A stretch of DNA of 64,000 bases from an uncultured Nitrospinota bacterium (GCA_963707985.1 CAVPRW010000007.1:32001-96000), one strand, 5' to 3'. Numbered from the stretch's first letter, positions 1 to 10,559 are shown. Notes: a model not told the origin generated them from the letters alone. Numbers and translations are program-made.

Positions 1-52
1 TGATTGCCACTAGGACGCACGCAACCATTCTGACTCGACTTATGTGTGTCAT
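1..52 (-). CDS. 5' end of a gene running off the left edge; probable exported protein
   Basis: ATG at 52 with GGGAGG RBS upstream; translates MTHISRVRMVACVLVAI (basic then hydrophobic); AT-rich region at ~255-400 upstream. Confidence 0.5.
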   Translation of the reverse strand, partial: MTHISRVRMVACVLVAI

Positions 53-706
53 AGCGCTCACCTCCCTTTGCACTGATTGTCGTGAGCTGGACATGAATCG
101 ACTCAGACGCTCTGCCCAGGAGACACTAAGACCATCCAAGAAACCTCCCTCCTCTACTAGTGGCGCGATCTCCTCGGCCTGCCTTTCATTGCTCGGGTCC
201 CCACGGGTCTGCGGATGTAAAATTCCTTCAGATGAATGGTCACCACCGATCTCGATCTTTTTATGTATAACAACCATAGAATGGAATTTAATATGTCATA
301 AATCCTGAAAAACATAAAAATCATAATGATTCTCTATGCATGTAGATCTATCACTGCCAAAGTACTTCGCTTTTGTCCAGAAAAATCGCTTTCCCCTTTA
401 AGCCTGCCTACTTTCAGGGGTGAGTGCTTGACCACAGGCATGGTCAATTGCTAGCGTCTCTCTGAGAGAGGGGCAGAATAAAGAGAGCGCCAGTGCCTAT
501 TATGACGCTCGACCTCGAGCAATACGGGTAGATCGGCGCGGATTCTGGGGCAAATCGGAAGGCGCGACACAGCGCTCAGTTGGTGGGGATTTACCCTATG
601 CTTCGCGGGGCTGGCTAACTTGGGGCTGAGTGATGCAGCGTGCACGACCGCAGGCCCTATGCTTGAGCTAGGCTGACTGGCAGAGGGAAAGAGCAGATGC
701 CCTGAT

Positions 707-1510
707 TCAGAAGCGAATCGTCTTGCCCTTGCCGATGACCAGGCGGTCGGGGTCGATGCGCTCCCGCAACCACATCAGCTCATCGGGGGTGGGGGGCGCC
801 ATCTCGTCCACCGTGGCGGAGACAAGGGGCTCAAACGCCATCTCCGCCAACACCTCCTCGATCTTCACGGTGGGCGAGGTGGCGATGAGGCGCATGCGGT
901 GTGTGTGTTCGTCAAAATCAAACAACGCGAGAGGGGTGACCACACGATAAGGGCCGGTCTGCGCCGGCAGTCCAGCCGTCTCACGGGCCTGGGGTGAACC
1001 GTCCAGGTAGCCAGGGGAGGTGACGAAATCCAGCTTTGGCACAAAGCGCCGCTTCTCCTGCATCATGACGAAGATCGTCCGCCAGCATAGAGAGGCGATG
1101 CCGTTGGCACCGCCAGCGCCGGCGAATCGTCGACCGGGCTGCGCATAGGTGCCGCCGACATAGGACGAGTTGATGTTGCCAAACGGATCAATCTGCAATG
1201 CTCCGAGCATGCCGTAATCGATAAATCCCTGGGAGGCCTGGGCAAATACGTGATTCATGTCCTTCCAGGACACCGCCCGGTAGTTACTTTTCGAATCCCC
1301 GAGAATGAGCGGCTCAAACGGGAGAGGGAATTGAGGAGCGATGGTGCCGTACTCGTATATCCAAATAATTTGTGGGGCGTATAACTGTTGTGCCAGAACC
1401 GCGGCGATCTGTGGCATGCCAAACCCGATCAGGTAGGCTTTTTGGTCTTCAAATAATCGTGCAGCGGTGCACGTCATCATCTCCACCGCAGTGAACTCAT
1501 GGGGCGTCAT
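707..1510 (-). CDS. CoA-transferase beta subunit (glutaconate/3-oxoacid CoA-transferase family, GctB-like)
   Basis: Likely start MTPHEFTAVEMM at 1510, overlapping the alpha-subunit end; motifs GFGMP, YEYG, GALQIDPFGNINSS, GAGGANGIA, RRFVPKLDFVTSPG. Confidence 0.85.
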   Translation of the reverse strand: MTPHEFTAVEMMTCTAARLFEDQKAYLIGFGMPQIAAVLAQQLYAPQIIWIYEYGTIAPQFPLPFEPLILGDSKSNYRAVSWKDMNHVFAQASQGFIDYGMLGALQIDPFGNINSSYVGGTYAQPGRRFAGAGGANGIASLCWRTIFVMMQEKRRFVPKLDFVTSPGYLDGSPQARETAGLPAQTGPYRVVTPLALFDFDEHTHRMRLIATSPTVKIEEVLAEMAFEPLVSATVDEMAPPTPDELMWLRERIDPDRLVIGKGKTIRF

Positions 1511-2477
1511 AATATCCCTCCCGGTAACGCTCGCGCGCTTTGAGCTGCAGCAGGCGCTTGACCCCCACCTGCTGCTCCAGCATATCCGCAAACGACTCCG
1601 CACCATACACATATGTCTCAAGATAGCGTTGCATCGCCTCGCGGGAATCGAGCGCCTGAATGGCTTCGGTGATGCATGGCGTATCGGCCACATACACGCC
1701 AGGGCACGTGCCAGGATAGGCACCGAAGGGCACGTGCACGACGGCATCGACAAAGTAATAGGGAATCGTTGTCTGGCTGGGATGACGGCGGATCTCCTCG
1801 ATCTCGATGATCTCCTCCGTCTGGACAATGACCTTCTTGGACGCCATGGCCTGTTCGAGTGGCGCCGTGCTGGCCCCCAGAACGCGAGCATTGCCATGGA
1901 TATCAGCTTGATGAGCGTGAATGAGGGCCACGTCAGGATTGAGGGCTGGTACCAGACAAATGGGCTTGCCGGTAAAGGGATCTTCAATAACTTTCGCACC
2001 CGAATAGGCCAGGGTGTCGGTCCCTAACAGCGTGCGTGTTGGCAGAAATGGCACCCCCATAGCCCCTCCTAACAAACGCAGTGTGAGGCTGTCATTCGTC
2101 CATTCGGTGAGGGTTACCTGCCCATCCCGCATAGCCTCCGTCAAAACCCGCTCGCCCACCGCGACAAAGCCAGCGTCGATGCGACTGACGCAACCACCGC
2201 CCAGCAACATGATCGATTCAGCATAGCAATACTTGGCGCAGAACCAGAGATTCGTGCGTCGCTGTCGGATGATCTCATGAATCAGGGCATTGGGGCCGCG
2301 GATGAAGTAGGTGAGATCGCAGCCGATGTAGTCACCATCGGCAACGAAGCGCGACACGGCTAGCTGCTCAGTCATCAGCTTATTGGTGAGCCCACGCTCC
2401 TTGCCCGCCCGCTGGGCGCGGACGGCGTCGGGATCCTGAACATAGAAGTCTCCATGTCCACTTTGAAGGATCTGCAT
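1497..2477 (-). CDS. CoA-transferase alpha subunit (GctA-like)
   Basis: Start MQILQSG at 2477; motifs GGAMGVPFLP, DPFTG, PALNPDVALIHAHQADIHGN, VDAVVHVPFGAYP. Confidence 0.85.
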   Translation of the reverse strand: MQILQSGHGDFYVQDPDAVRAQRAGKERGLTNKLMTEQLAVSRFVADGDYIGCDLTYFIRGPNALIHEIIRQRRTNLWFCAKYCYAESIMLLGGGCVSRIDAGFVAVGERVLTEAMRDGQVTLTEWTNDSLTLRLLGGAMGVPFLPTRTLLGTDTLAYSGAKVIEDPFTGKPICLVPALNPDVALIHAHQADIHGNARVLGASTAPLEQAMASKKVIVQTEEIIEIEEIRRHPSQTTIPYYFVDAVVHVPFGAYPGTCPGVYVADTPCITEAIQALDSREAMQRYLETYVYGAESFADMLEQQVGVKRLLQLKARERYREGYYDAP

Positions 2478-2571
2478 ATACCGCCTCTGATTTGTTCGAA
2501 GAGAACCGAGTGACGCGGACGAATCAGCATGTCCACTGGTTCCTCCCGAGCCTTCGGTCACTCGTCCCATC

Positions 2572-3378
2572 CTACGGATTCCGGATGCGCAAAAATAGCT
2601 GGTCGAGCTCAGGATTGGTTAGGCGTGACACGATAAGGAAGGCAAGCTCACCCTGCCTCCAGAGGAGCACGCGCTGGTCTTGTGCCGTGGTCTGGTAGGG
2701 AGCATAGCCGTTGATCTGTCGACGATCGCGGGAGGGAATCGGAATGTCTCCTCCCGGAAAGATGTACAACGTTGAGATGGCGTCACCCATTTTATAGATC
2801 AAACAGGCAGCTCGGCGCTCCATGATATAAGTCGGATAGCCGCGCAGCAGGCGGATCTCCTGGTTACCCCAAAAGTGAATCGCCGGAGAAAAGTTCAAGG
2901 TCTGCTGAAACCATTGCTGGATCTGCGTCGGTTCGGTTGGGTTGGTGCCATGCGGTGGGTAGTTGAGGAGCAGACGGTCATAGTCCCGCACCGCCTCACC
3001 GACGACACGCGCCGCTGGGTTAGGGGCTGGCCCTATCCACTGATGATAGAGGGGGAGCGCCAACGCCAGCACGACGACCGCCGTCGTGGCGCATAGCACC
3101 GGAGGTGTCGTCCACAGGGTATGCAGCACCTGGCGCAGTCGACCCATGAGCGTTTGCTGGCGGCGCACCTCGTAAAGAATTGATTGGCGAAGGTGATCCG
3201 GGGCGCGGTGGTATGACGCACGGTGACGGATAAGGGTGGCGATCAATCCCGCCGTGTCCAGCTCCTCTATGCATCGAGGGCATTCGCTCAAGTGCTGGCG
3301 GAGAGATTGACTTTCCGCCGGGCTCAGGCGATCATGCAAAAGGTCTTCGAATTGTACCCGCGCTTCATCACACGTCAC
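2572..3378 (-). CDS. Zinc-binding transmembrane anti-sigma factor (ZAS, zf-HC2)
   Basis: N-terminal MTC...HLSECPRC (HxxxCxxC), one TM helix, extracytoplasmic domain; start overlaps the sigma stop. Confidence 0.85.
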   Translation of the reverse strand: MTCDEARVQFEDLLHDRLSPAESQSLRQHLSECPRCIEELDTAGLIATLIRHRASYHRAPDHLRQSILYEVRRQQTLMGRLRQVLHTLWTTPPVLCATTAVVVLALALPLYHQWIGPAPNPAARVVGEAVRDYDRLLLNYPPHGTNPTEPTQIQQWFQQTLNFSPAIHFWGNQEIRLLRGYPTYIMERRAACLIYKMGDAISTLYIFPGGDIPIPSRDRRQINGYAPYQTTAQDQRVLLWRQGELAFLIVSRLTNPELDQLFLRIRNP

Positions 3379-3902
3379 GACACATCCTTTACCTGCGGTG
3401 CAGGCGACGCCCCAGCCGATGTCAGACGCGCGTGCAGAAACCGATCCAGGAGCTGACGCGCGGTCGCGAGAACGATTTGCGTCTGCGGCTTCGACCAGTC
3501 AAAGATGGCGGACAGGTCCTCCAACGAATAGCCCTCGATCGTGGTGAGGATCAGAGCGGCTCGCAATGCCTCCGGGAGTTGTCGTAGCCCGGCATCGAGA
3601 TCGGCTCTGGAGAGCGTATGGTACAACACCCGCTTATCAGTCACGACGTGCTCCACGGTGATGTCGCTAAGGCCATCGCCACTCAGCCCATGATCCTGCC
3701 GATAGAGCCGCCACATGATCGTTACCAGCCCAACCCGCAGATGTACTCCTGAGAGTTCCGGGGGAATCGCACGCAGGGCCTGTCGGCAGGTCGCTTGCAC
3801 CAATGCAGAAGCGGCTACAGAGTCGCGTGCCAGCCACGCCGCCAGGTTATGGAGCGCATCGAGATGGAGCACAATGGCAGCAGCGAGCTCCGTCTGGGTC
3901 AT
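3375..3902 (-). CDS. ECF sigma-70 family factor, divergent sequence
   Basis: Region 2-like HLDALHNLAAWLARD..LVQ and region 4-like LRQLPEALRAALIL..EGYSLEDLSAIF; directly upstream of the anti-sigma. Confidence 0.75.
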   Translation of the reverse strand: MTQTELAAAIVLHLDALHNLAAWLARDSVAASALVQATCRQALRAIPPELSGVHLRVGLVTIMWRLYRQDHGLSGDGLSDITVEHVVTDKRVLYHTLSRADLDAGLRQLPEALRAALILTTIEGYSLEDLSAIFDWSKPQTQIVLATARQLLDRFLHARLTSAGASPAPQVKDVS

Positions 3903-3998
3903 TGCCCGATTCCACGGTACCAGTTCCGCCGTGAGTCATGTTGGCGATATGCCGAAGACCGCAAGTGGACTATGGGGTGCCGCATTGTTCGTTACAGC

Positions 3999-4027
3999 AC
4001 CTTAAAAGAAGCCGCCAGCCATGTCAA
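3999..4027 (-). promoter_or_regulatory. Candidate sigma70 promoter for the ECF operon
   Basis: TTGACA-N17-TAAGGT on the minus strand ~100 bp upstream of the sigma start. Confidence 0.4.
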
Positions 4028-4064
4028 GTCACAACCTACCCTATCCCCTCCTGCCGTCGCAACA

Positions 4065-4094
4065 TTGACAGAGGTGTCGAGCAGGTGCTAACAT
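4065..4094 (+). promoter_or_regulatory. Candidate sigma70 promoter (extended -10)
   Basis: TTGACA-N18-TAACAT with TG at the extended -10 position, ~80 bp upstream of ATG 4175. Confidence 0.45.
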
Positions 4095-4174
4095 TTCTGC
4101 CGCTTCACAAGCACATAAGCGCAGTAGCGTGTACAATTCCGCGTCTGGGCCGGGAAGTAGAGATCGAGGGGTTC

Positions 4175-5374
4175 ATGGCACAGCACAGGACACGACGACC
4201 AACAGCGAAGGAAGGCGAACAAATTACACCGGAGCAGTTACGCGCCGCCCAAGAGTGGCTGGAGGAGAAATTCCGCGCTGAGCCATCTGACCCGCTCTTG
4301 CCGCAGCTTATGGAGCCCGTCATACCGGTCTCGCTCGCCGCGGTGGTCGAAGCGCTGAGCACGATGGCCACACCCGAAGCGGCTACCTTGTTAACACAGA
4401 TCGCCACTACTACGAACGCCAAGGAGATCCAAAAGGCCGCCAGACGTGCCCTCTATCGTTTGAAAACAATGGGGGTGCCTACCGACAGCGTGCGCATTGG
4501 CGAAGCGCGCAAATCGGTACTCGAGGTCCCTAAGCTCCCGATCGTCATCGCCCTGACAAGTCAGATCGACTTTGCCGGCAATCGCGCCCTCTACCTCGCC
4601 CGGCGTCGTCCCTTCTCAGGCCTGGTGTTGGTGAGCCTGATCCTCAGTGACCAGCGTGGTGTGCTCGACTGCAACGCCTTCCCTGTCACCAAGAAGGAAC
4701 TCACCCGCATCGTCGCCGATATTCAGGCAGACGAACGCCTCACCCACGTCGAGCTCCCTCCGACCTATGCACAGCAGCTTGTGGAGGAGAGCTATCGCCG
4801 TAACTTGTCGACGGGGACACCTGTGCCACAGGACTTTCAGGGATTGCACCATCTGATCGGCATGCCTGACACACGGTGGGAGAAAGGGCCAATCTACCAC
4901 CTGCTCAACCCTGAGGAAATTCGCGGGCAACCTGCCTGGCTAGCACTCGCAGGACAACTGCTGGACGTCAAGGAATTTCAAGGATGGCATGTGCCGCCGG
5001 AGGCGGTGCAGAAGTATCGGGAAGAAGTCCGACACGCGGCCGAAAGCCTCATCATCGTCTCCCCAGCCCTACAGCAGGAACGCGTAGAAGATGCCCAAAA
5101 GCGGGGGTTACGGGAGATGTTCGATCCCGATACTTGCGCACGCTATCGCACGCGTCTGGAGGAGATGGCCTACCTGCTGTGGCAGACGAAACGCCCAGAT
5201 GAGGCCAAGCGCGCCTTCGCAAGTGCCCTAGCCCTCCAAGGGGACGGAGTTGACCCGGCCGAACATCCATTCTTGAGAGGGTTCTTTACCCGCAGTGTCG
5301 AAATGGCTGAGGCGCTTGAGCAACAGGACACCAACCGGGTGACTGTCGCTACTCCGCGACTATGGACCCCATAG
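4175..5374 (+). CDS. Hypothetical protein, largely alpha-helical (HEAT-like N-terminal segment)
   Basis: Long ORF; ATG at 4175 after GAGGGG; KAARRALYRLK helix; no catalytic motif recognised. Confidence 0.7.
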   Translation: MAQHRTRRPTAKEGEQITPEQLRAAQEWLEEKFRAEPSDPLLPQLMEPVIPVSLAAVVEALSTMATPEAATLLTQIATTTNAKEIQKAARRALYRLKTMGVPTDSVRIGEARKSVLEVPKLPIVIALTSQIDFAGNRALYLARRRPFSGLVLVSLILSDQRGVLDCNAFPVTKKELTRIVADIQADERLTHVELPPTYAQQLVEESYRRNLSTGTPVPQDFQGLHHLIGMPDTRWEKGPIYHLLNPEEIRGQPAWLALAGQLLDVKEFQGWHVPPEAVQKYREEVRHAAESLIIVSPALQQERVEDAQKRGLREMFDPDTCARYRTRLEEMAYLLWQTKRPDEAKRAFASALALQGDGVDPAEHPFLRGFFTRSVEMAEALEQQDTNRVTVATPRLWTP

Positions 5375-5378
5375 AGTT

Positions 5379-5714
5379 TCACAGGTATGCGCCACCCCCC
5401 AGTGGCTTGGTCGCTTCTTCGTAATCGTACCCATTGCGCTGGGGAAAATGCACGATCGATCGCACATTACCCCATGGGATCAGGATATTTGCCACAAATT
5501 CTTCCTTTACACGCTGCTCGGGGGGAATAATCCGGCCATCTTCGAACCGTACGCGTGTAACCTCGAATTTGGGATTTTCGATCCAGATCCCAATATGATC
5601 CCGGCCCACGACCTTTGCATAGAAATTATGCTCACTCACACCCGCCGCCCGTAGGCCGTCCACGTCGCGCAGGACCAACATCACTCGATCGTTGATGACT
5701 TTGTCGATATCCAT
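5379..5714 (-). CDS. Hypothetical beta-rich protein, possibly Sm/LSm-like
   Basis: Start MDIDKVIND at 5714; pattern VMLVL..AKVVGRDHIGIWIE..ILIPWGNVRSIV. Confidence 0.65.
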   Translation of the reverse strand: MDIDKVINDRVMLVLRDVDGLRAAGVSEHNFYAKVVGRDHIGIWIENPKFEVTRVRFEDGRIIPPEQRVKEEFVANILIPWGNVRSIVHFPQRNGYDYEEATKPLGGGAYL

Positions 5715-5818
5715 GCCACCATTCCTTATCTCTCTCACTTCCGCTTGCGGCATCGACAATCGAGACGCACACCCTGTCTCCTATCATGCGGCGGCATGCA
5801 TCAAGCACGGTTCGCTGC

Positions 5819-6043
5819 TCACCCCAGGTCCTCTGGCGCTGCCCGACCAAGCGTCAGGTCATCTGCTGGGGGGACTGAACACGGCGGCGGTGAGACGGCA
5901 CAGCTGGTTCCCCACTGATAGGTGGGATCGAGGGCTGCCACAACTTCGCGCAACTCAGGGGGAAGATCCGTGAGGGTGATCGTCCCGTCCGCATCGATGT
6001 AGATCGAGAACCGAAAGTTATTCAGTCGTACTCTGGTGGACAT
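5819..6043 (-). CDS. Small hypothetical protein (74 aa)
   Basis: ATG directly after the upstream stop codon; ordered N-half FSIYIDADGTITLTDLPPEL. Confidence 0.6.
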   Translation of the reverse strand: MSTRVRLNNFRFSIYIDADGTITLTDLPPELREVVAALDPTYQWGTSCAVSPPPCSVPPADDLTLGRAAPEDLG

Positions 6044-8219
6044 TTAGCCTTTCTCCCGATCACCCAAATCGAGATGCCTAAACCGTTCACTGACCCCTCC
6101 TTCAAGACACTGTTGCGCATAGCGGAAATACCGCTTTGCCTTCTCATGCTCGGGATCCAAAGCGAGGGTTTCGCGGAAGCAGCGCAGCGCCTGGACATAA
6201 TCTTGTGCCTGGTAATAACTGAGGCCGTCCTCGAATGCTAGACTCGTTTGGGCCTGTATGAGGAGCGTGCGGGCAGTATCGTCCCTGGGGGTGAGAGCAC
6301 CAACCCAGCGTAGGTGGGCAATCGCCTCTTGAGCATCCTGACGCTGGAGAGATTCCTGCCCCTGCATCACGTACCGGTGGGCCATCGCCTGCCGCACCTG
6401 CTGGAAACTCGCCCATGCATGCGCATACGTCATCCCGCTGGTCAAAACTTTCTCCCATGCGGTGATGGTCGCCTCAAGACGCGCCTCAGCTACCGATCGC
6501 GTCTCCGATGTTTGTGCCCGGGTGATCTCCGTGGGGCCTGTGGTCACCAGTGACAAGGCGCGCTGAAACGCGTGCATGGCAGCTTCCCCCTCAGCGCGCT
6601 CGGCCTGCACGGCGCCCATATAGAAGAAGGCCTCCGCCCGTGTGGCATCCTGCTGTAAGATTTTCTCCCAGGTTTGTTGGGCCTCGACGAAGCGGCGCTC
6701 GGCGAATTGCTGCTTGCCCAGGTATGACAAGGCGTGCAAATTGCCGGGCTCAAGGTGGGCAATCACCTCATTCACCTGTTGGCGCTTACTCTCCAACCCT
6801 TCCTGAGCATACAGATGCTCGAGTGCCTTGCAGACATCGACATCAGAACGATCGAGCTGTAACAGACGTTCGTAAGTGGCGATCGTCTGACCAATATGCC
6901 CTTCCTCCATGAAACGCTTGGCGCGATCACGCAGCACCCGTCGACGCAGACGGTGGATGGCGAGGGTTCCCATTGCGGCACTGGCAATGAGGCCAACCGC
7001 GAGCAATGGTAGTGCTAGCTTGCCGGCATAGGCCCGATACAGGGCCCAGCGGGCCTCCGTATAGTCGGGCTGCAGCGCCAGTGCGGCAGAGAGGCGCTCG
7101 ATGGCGAGATCGACATGCCCTTGACGAGTATAGGCCATCCCCGATCCATACAAGGCCTCGGCCAGCGTGGGATCGAGTTCAAGTGCCTCACCCCATTCGC
7201 GCAATGCCGTATCGAAACGCTCCGCATTGAACGCGAGCCATCCTTGCTCGAGCCGCGCCAGTGCAGGGACATAGGTCAAGATTTGCACCCGATGGTTCAC
7301 GGTGTCCGCAACATAGAGCGTCTGTTGCGGGTCAATCCACAGGGCTGCTGGAGAGTAAAATTCGCCGGGGCCTTTGCCGAGGTGCCCCACTTGGGCCACG
7401 TAGCGTCCGGCACGATCGAAGATCTGCACCCGACCATTGCCGGTATCGGCGACATATATGGAGCCCTGGTCGTCGGCGGCGATGCCCCGTGGACTGTCGA
7501 ATTCGGCGGGGCCGCGTCCGGCTTTACCGATTTCCCAGAGATACTGGCCATCGCCGGCAAAGACTTGCACGCGATGATTCTGGGTATCAGCCACGAGGAC
7601 CCGTCCTTCACGATCGACAGCCACATCTGACGGCCCGAGGAATTCCCCCCTCCCCGAGCCACTGCGCCCCCAACTGAGGAGGAAACTCCCATCCGGCGCA
7701 AGTTTTTGCACCCGATGGTTCTGCGTATCCGCGATATACAGCTGCTGCTCGGTATCGACCGCAATACCTTCGGGGGCATTGAACTGACCAGGCTGAGTGC
7801 CGAAGCTTCCCACCATGATCACCACATCACCGGACTGATCAAATGCCTGCACACGATGGTTGCCCGTATCCGCGACATACAGCAGGTCATTCGGCCCCCA
7901 GGCTATACCTTTCGGGCGCAACAAAGCTCCACGCTGTGACCCCTCCGTGCCGAAAGCCTGGAAGGAGCGACCATCCCGCGTAAAGATCTGAATACGATGA
8001 TTGTAGGTATCGGCGATGTATATGCGACCCGTCTGGTCGACCGCGACGCCGCCAGGTTGCCGGAATTGCCCCATCTCCCGCCCTTCCTGACCAACGCGTG
8101 ATGGCGGCTCGATAGGCGCGGGTTTCAACAGAGGCCAAGAGAGGACTCTGCCCCAGTAGGATAGAGGTGACCACGGTGCAGAGAAAACATACGAGACCTC
8201 GACCACTGAAACCAGTCAT
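6044..8219 (-). CDS. NHL-repeat beta-propeller plus TPR membrane protein; signal peptide joined through an apparent frameshift near 8100
   Basis: Six NHL repeats (P.G.AVD...Y.ADT.NHR.Q), TPRs, TM helix LALPLLAVGLIASAAMGTLAI followed by RLRRR, further TPRs; signal-like MTGFSGRGLVCFLCTVVTSILLG lies in the adjacent frame; exact start uncertain. Confidence 0.8.
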
Positions 8220-8360
8220 GGGCTCATTCATTACCATGAACAGTGCTAGACTCACCAGTTCGACTGTGAACGTGCCAAACGAGTTCCTACCACCCGTCGT
8301 GACTCCTTCTCATCAACGTACGGGACGACACGAGGGAGATAGAAATCGCCACACGCTAAC

Positions 8361-8567
8361 TCACTGACGTGTCTGCTGGACGGCAGCTTCTGTAGACGCT
8401 GGCACCTGGTAGTATTCAGATGTGCGCTCCTGTTCAAGCGTGTCCCCCAGCGCTTCTTCGAGAAACTGCGAGAATTCCAGGCATTCCGCACCCTGCACAC
8501 CGTTGACCTTGATACTGACCTTGCCATCGTGACCAATTTCGATTTCCATCTCACGTTTTAGGACCAT
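8361..8567 (-). CDS. DUF2997 family small protein
   Basis: EIEIGHDGKVSIKVNGVQGAECLEFSQFLEEALG...TSEYYQ; follows DUF1257. Confidence 0.85.
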   Translation of the reverse strand: MVLKREMEIEIGHDGKVSIKVNGVQGAECLEFSQFLEEALGDTLEQERTSEYYQVPASTEAAVQQTRQ

Positions 8568-8950
8568 TTGCGCACCACCAACCGGATGGAATGATCTTCC
8601 AGGGTCTCATCTTCCGCGACTGAGAAGCCTCGTTTACGGACTTCCGAGAGCACCTTATGATAGGCATAACGTTGATTCAGATCATTGACGAATTTTACCT
8701 GGGAGATACCTGTGCGCATCTCCACACCCCACCAATCGGCCACCACCTCATAAGTCCCTTGAGGTGATTTACGAAAGCCGATATTGTAGGGTCCTCCGAG
8801 ATCCGTTACGAGGTCAGCTTCACTCCATTGCCCACGCCAACCCCGCACCCGCACCTCCCCCTCTAGGCAGGAGTAATGGAGGTCCTCCAGCGCTCGCTTC
8901 AAGCAATCGAAATCGGTGATTTTGGTTTGCACTTTGGTGAAATGGGACAT
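8558..8950 (-). CDS. DUF1257 (Ycf35-like) protein
   Basis: Start MSHFTKVQTKI; IGF..GTYEVVADWW; LNQRYAYHKV..GF. Confidence 0.85.
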   Translation of the reverse strand: MSHFTKVQTKITDFDCLKRALEDLHYSCLEGEVRVRGWRGQWSEADLVTDLGGPYNIGFRKSPQGTYEVVADWWGVEMRTGISQVKFVNDLNQRYAYHKVLSEVRKRGFSVAEDETLEDHSIRLVVRKWS

Positions 8951-8966
8951 TGCTGACCCCTCTCTG

Positions 8967-10559
8967 TTAGAGCTCGAGCCGCCGGCTGTCGCCCACCCGT
9001 CCGCTGGGAACACGCTTCGAGGCTACCCGGGCACGAGTCTGCGCCCAGTCCCGCAACGCGGTGATTTCTTCCTCCATCGTTTGCGATAAGGGGACGGTCT
9101 CTTCGAAACTCGCCAGAATATCCTCGGTTGTCAGGTCACGCCCCGCATCAAAAGCATCGTATAATGCGGAGATAATAGCCTGTTCAATCTCTGAACCACT
9201 GAAACCTTCCGAAGAGAGGGCCAGGAGGTCAAGGTCAAAAAGCTCGGGATTGCGGCCTCGCTTCTGGAGATGAATGCGGAAGATGTCCATGCGCTCCTCC
9301 CGCGAGGGTAAGTCCACAAAGAATATATCATCAAAGCGTCCTTTGCGCATTAACTCCGGCGGCAGCAGTGTGACATTATTGGCGGTGGCAATGACGAACA
9401 CCGGCGATGATTTCTCCTGCAGCCATGTGACGAAGCTGCCAAACACGCGGGCCGTCGTGCCGGCATCAGAGAAGCTGGAGCTCTGCGTGCCTGAAAACCC
9501 CTTTTCAAGCTCGTCCAACCACAAGATCGAGGGTGCCACCGCCTCGGCGGTCTTGATGGCCTTACGCATATTTTCCTCGGACGACCCCACCAGGCCGGCA
9601 AAAATCTTGCCGACGTCCAGCCGCAGCAGCGGTTGCTTCCACAAGGAGCCGACGGCCTTAGCCGTCAGCGATTTACCGCAACCTGGCACGCCAATCAGCA
9701 AAATCCCTTTGGGGCGGGGCAGGCCAAATTCCCGGGCCTCTTTCGTGAATGCCTTCTCCCGCTTTTGCAACCAGCGCTTCAGCTCCTCCAACCCCCCCAC
9801 ATCACTAAACTGCTCCGTGGCATGATAAAACTCCAGGATGCCCGACTTACGGATGATCTGTTCTTTCTCCGACAGGATCACATCAATGTCGAAGCGCCGC
9901 TTTTGTACCAGCGACTTGGAAAACACGTTCTCCGCCTCATTGATGGTCAGCCCTAAGGCTGCCTCCGTAATGCGCTCACGCAGCGGTGAGCCCTCGCTGA
10001 TCTCGGCCCGCGCCGCATCGGGAATCGGCGTGTTGTGTGCGAGATCCTCGATCACTGCGTCCAAGTCCTCAGGGTTGGGCAATTCGTAATCCACTACAGT
10101 GACTTCTTTCTCGAGCTCGGCAGGAATCTTGAGGATGGCAGAGAGCAGAATGAGCGTTTTTGGCTTATCACTTTTCTTCAAGTAGCGTGCAAGATCGCGT
10201 AGACGCCGTACGATGGTCGGATCCTGCATATACGGGTGAAAATCACGCAGCACGAAGAGTGCTTCTTCGTTGGCATCGCCGACAAATTCCAGCGCCCGCA
10301 GCGGATCGCGCAATTCCCTCGATCGCACCGGCAAGCGCTGCTCACGCCCCGTCTCATCGCGGCGAATTTCGATGATCCCCTCGGTTGTCGACCAGCTCAA
10401 GAATTTGCGCGCGCGTTCCGTAGCGATTTGTAGCAACCCACGCTCGACGCGCTCCTCTTCCCACGAGAGCACATAGATGAGAGGGTAAGCGGCCTTGAGC
10501 AGATCGTTAATCGTGCGGTCTGAAGTGCCCAGCAACTCATTATTCAGTGCCGTTCCCAC
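8967..10559 (-). CDS. Ycf46-like AAA+ ATPase
   Basis: N-terminal [13 protein letters not shown] domain; Walker A GVPGCGKS, Walker [33 protein letters not shown]. Confidence 0.9.
   Translation of the reverse strand: MGTALNNELLGTSDRTINDLLKAAYPLIYVLSWEEERVERGLLQIATERARKFLSWSTTEGIIEIRRDETGREQRLPVRSRELRDPLRALEFVGDANEEALFVLRDFHPYMQDPTIVRRLRDLARYLKKSDKPKTLILLSAILKIPAELEKEVTVVDYELPNPEDLDAVIEDLAHNTPIPDAARAEISEGSPLRERITEAALGLTINEAENVFSKSLVQKRRFDIDVILSEKEQIIRKSGILEFYHATEQFSDVGGLEELKRWLQKREKAFTKEAREFGLPRPKGILLIGVPGCGKSLTAKAVGSLWKQPLLRLDVGKIFAGLVGSSEENMRKAIKTAEAVAPSILWLDELEKGFSGTQSSSFSDAGTTARVFGSFVTWLQEKSSPVFVIATANNVTLLPPELMRKGRFDDIFFVDLPSREERMDIFRIHLQKRGRNPELFDLDLLALSSEGFSGSEIEQAIISALYDAFDAGRDLTTEDILASFEETVPLSQTMEEEITALRDWAQTRARVASKRVPSGRVGDSRRLEL

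Noticed and set aside
530..640. Fragments resembling a c-di-AMP riboswitch (TGGGGCAAATC, GCTAACT)
   Set aside because: Other conserved blocks are missing and no gene lies downstream on that strand.
1511..1999. N-terminal extension of the 430-aa ORF 707..1999
   Set aside because: Overlaps the alpha-subunit gene in another frame; family similarity starts at Met 1510.
2507..2564. 8-bp inverted repeat CGAGTGAC/GTCACTCG
   Set aside because: Long loop, no U tract, single occurrence; compatible with chance.
7270..8090. Periodic DNA repeats
   Set aside because: Explained by NHL protein repeats; not a CRISPR array. No CRISPR array, tRNA or rRNA was seen in the window.
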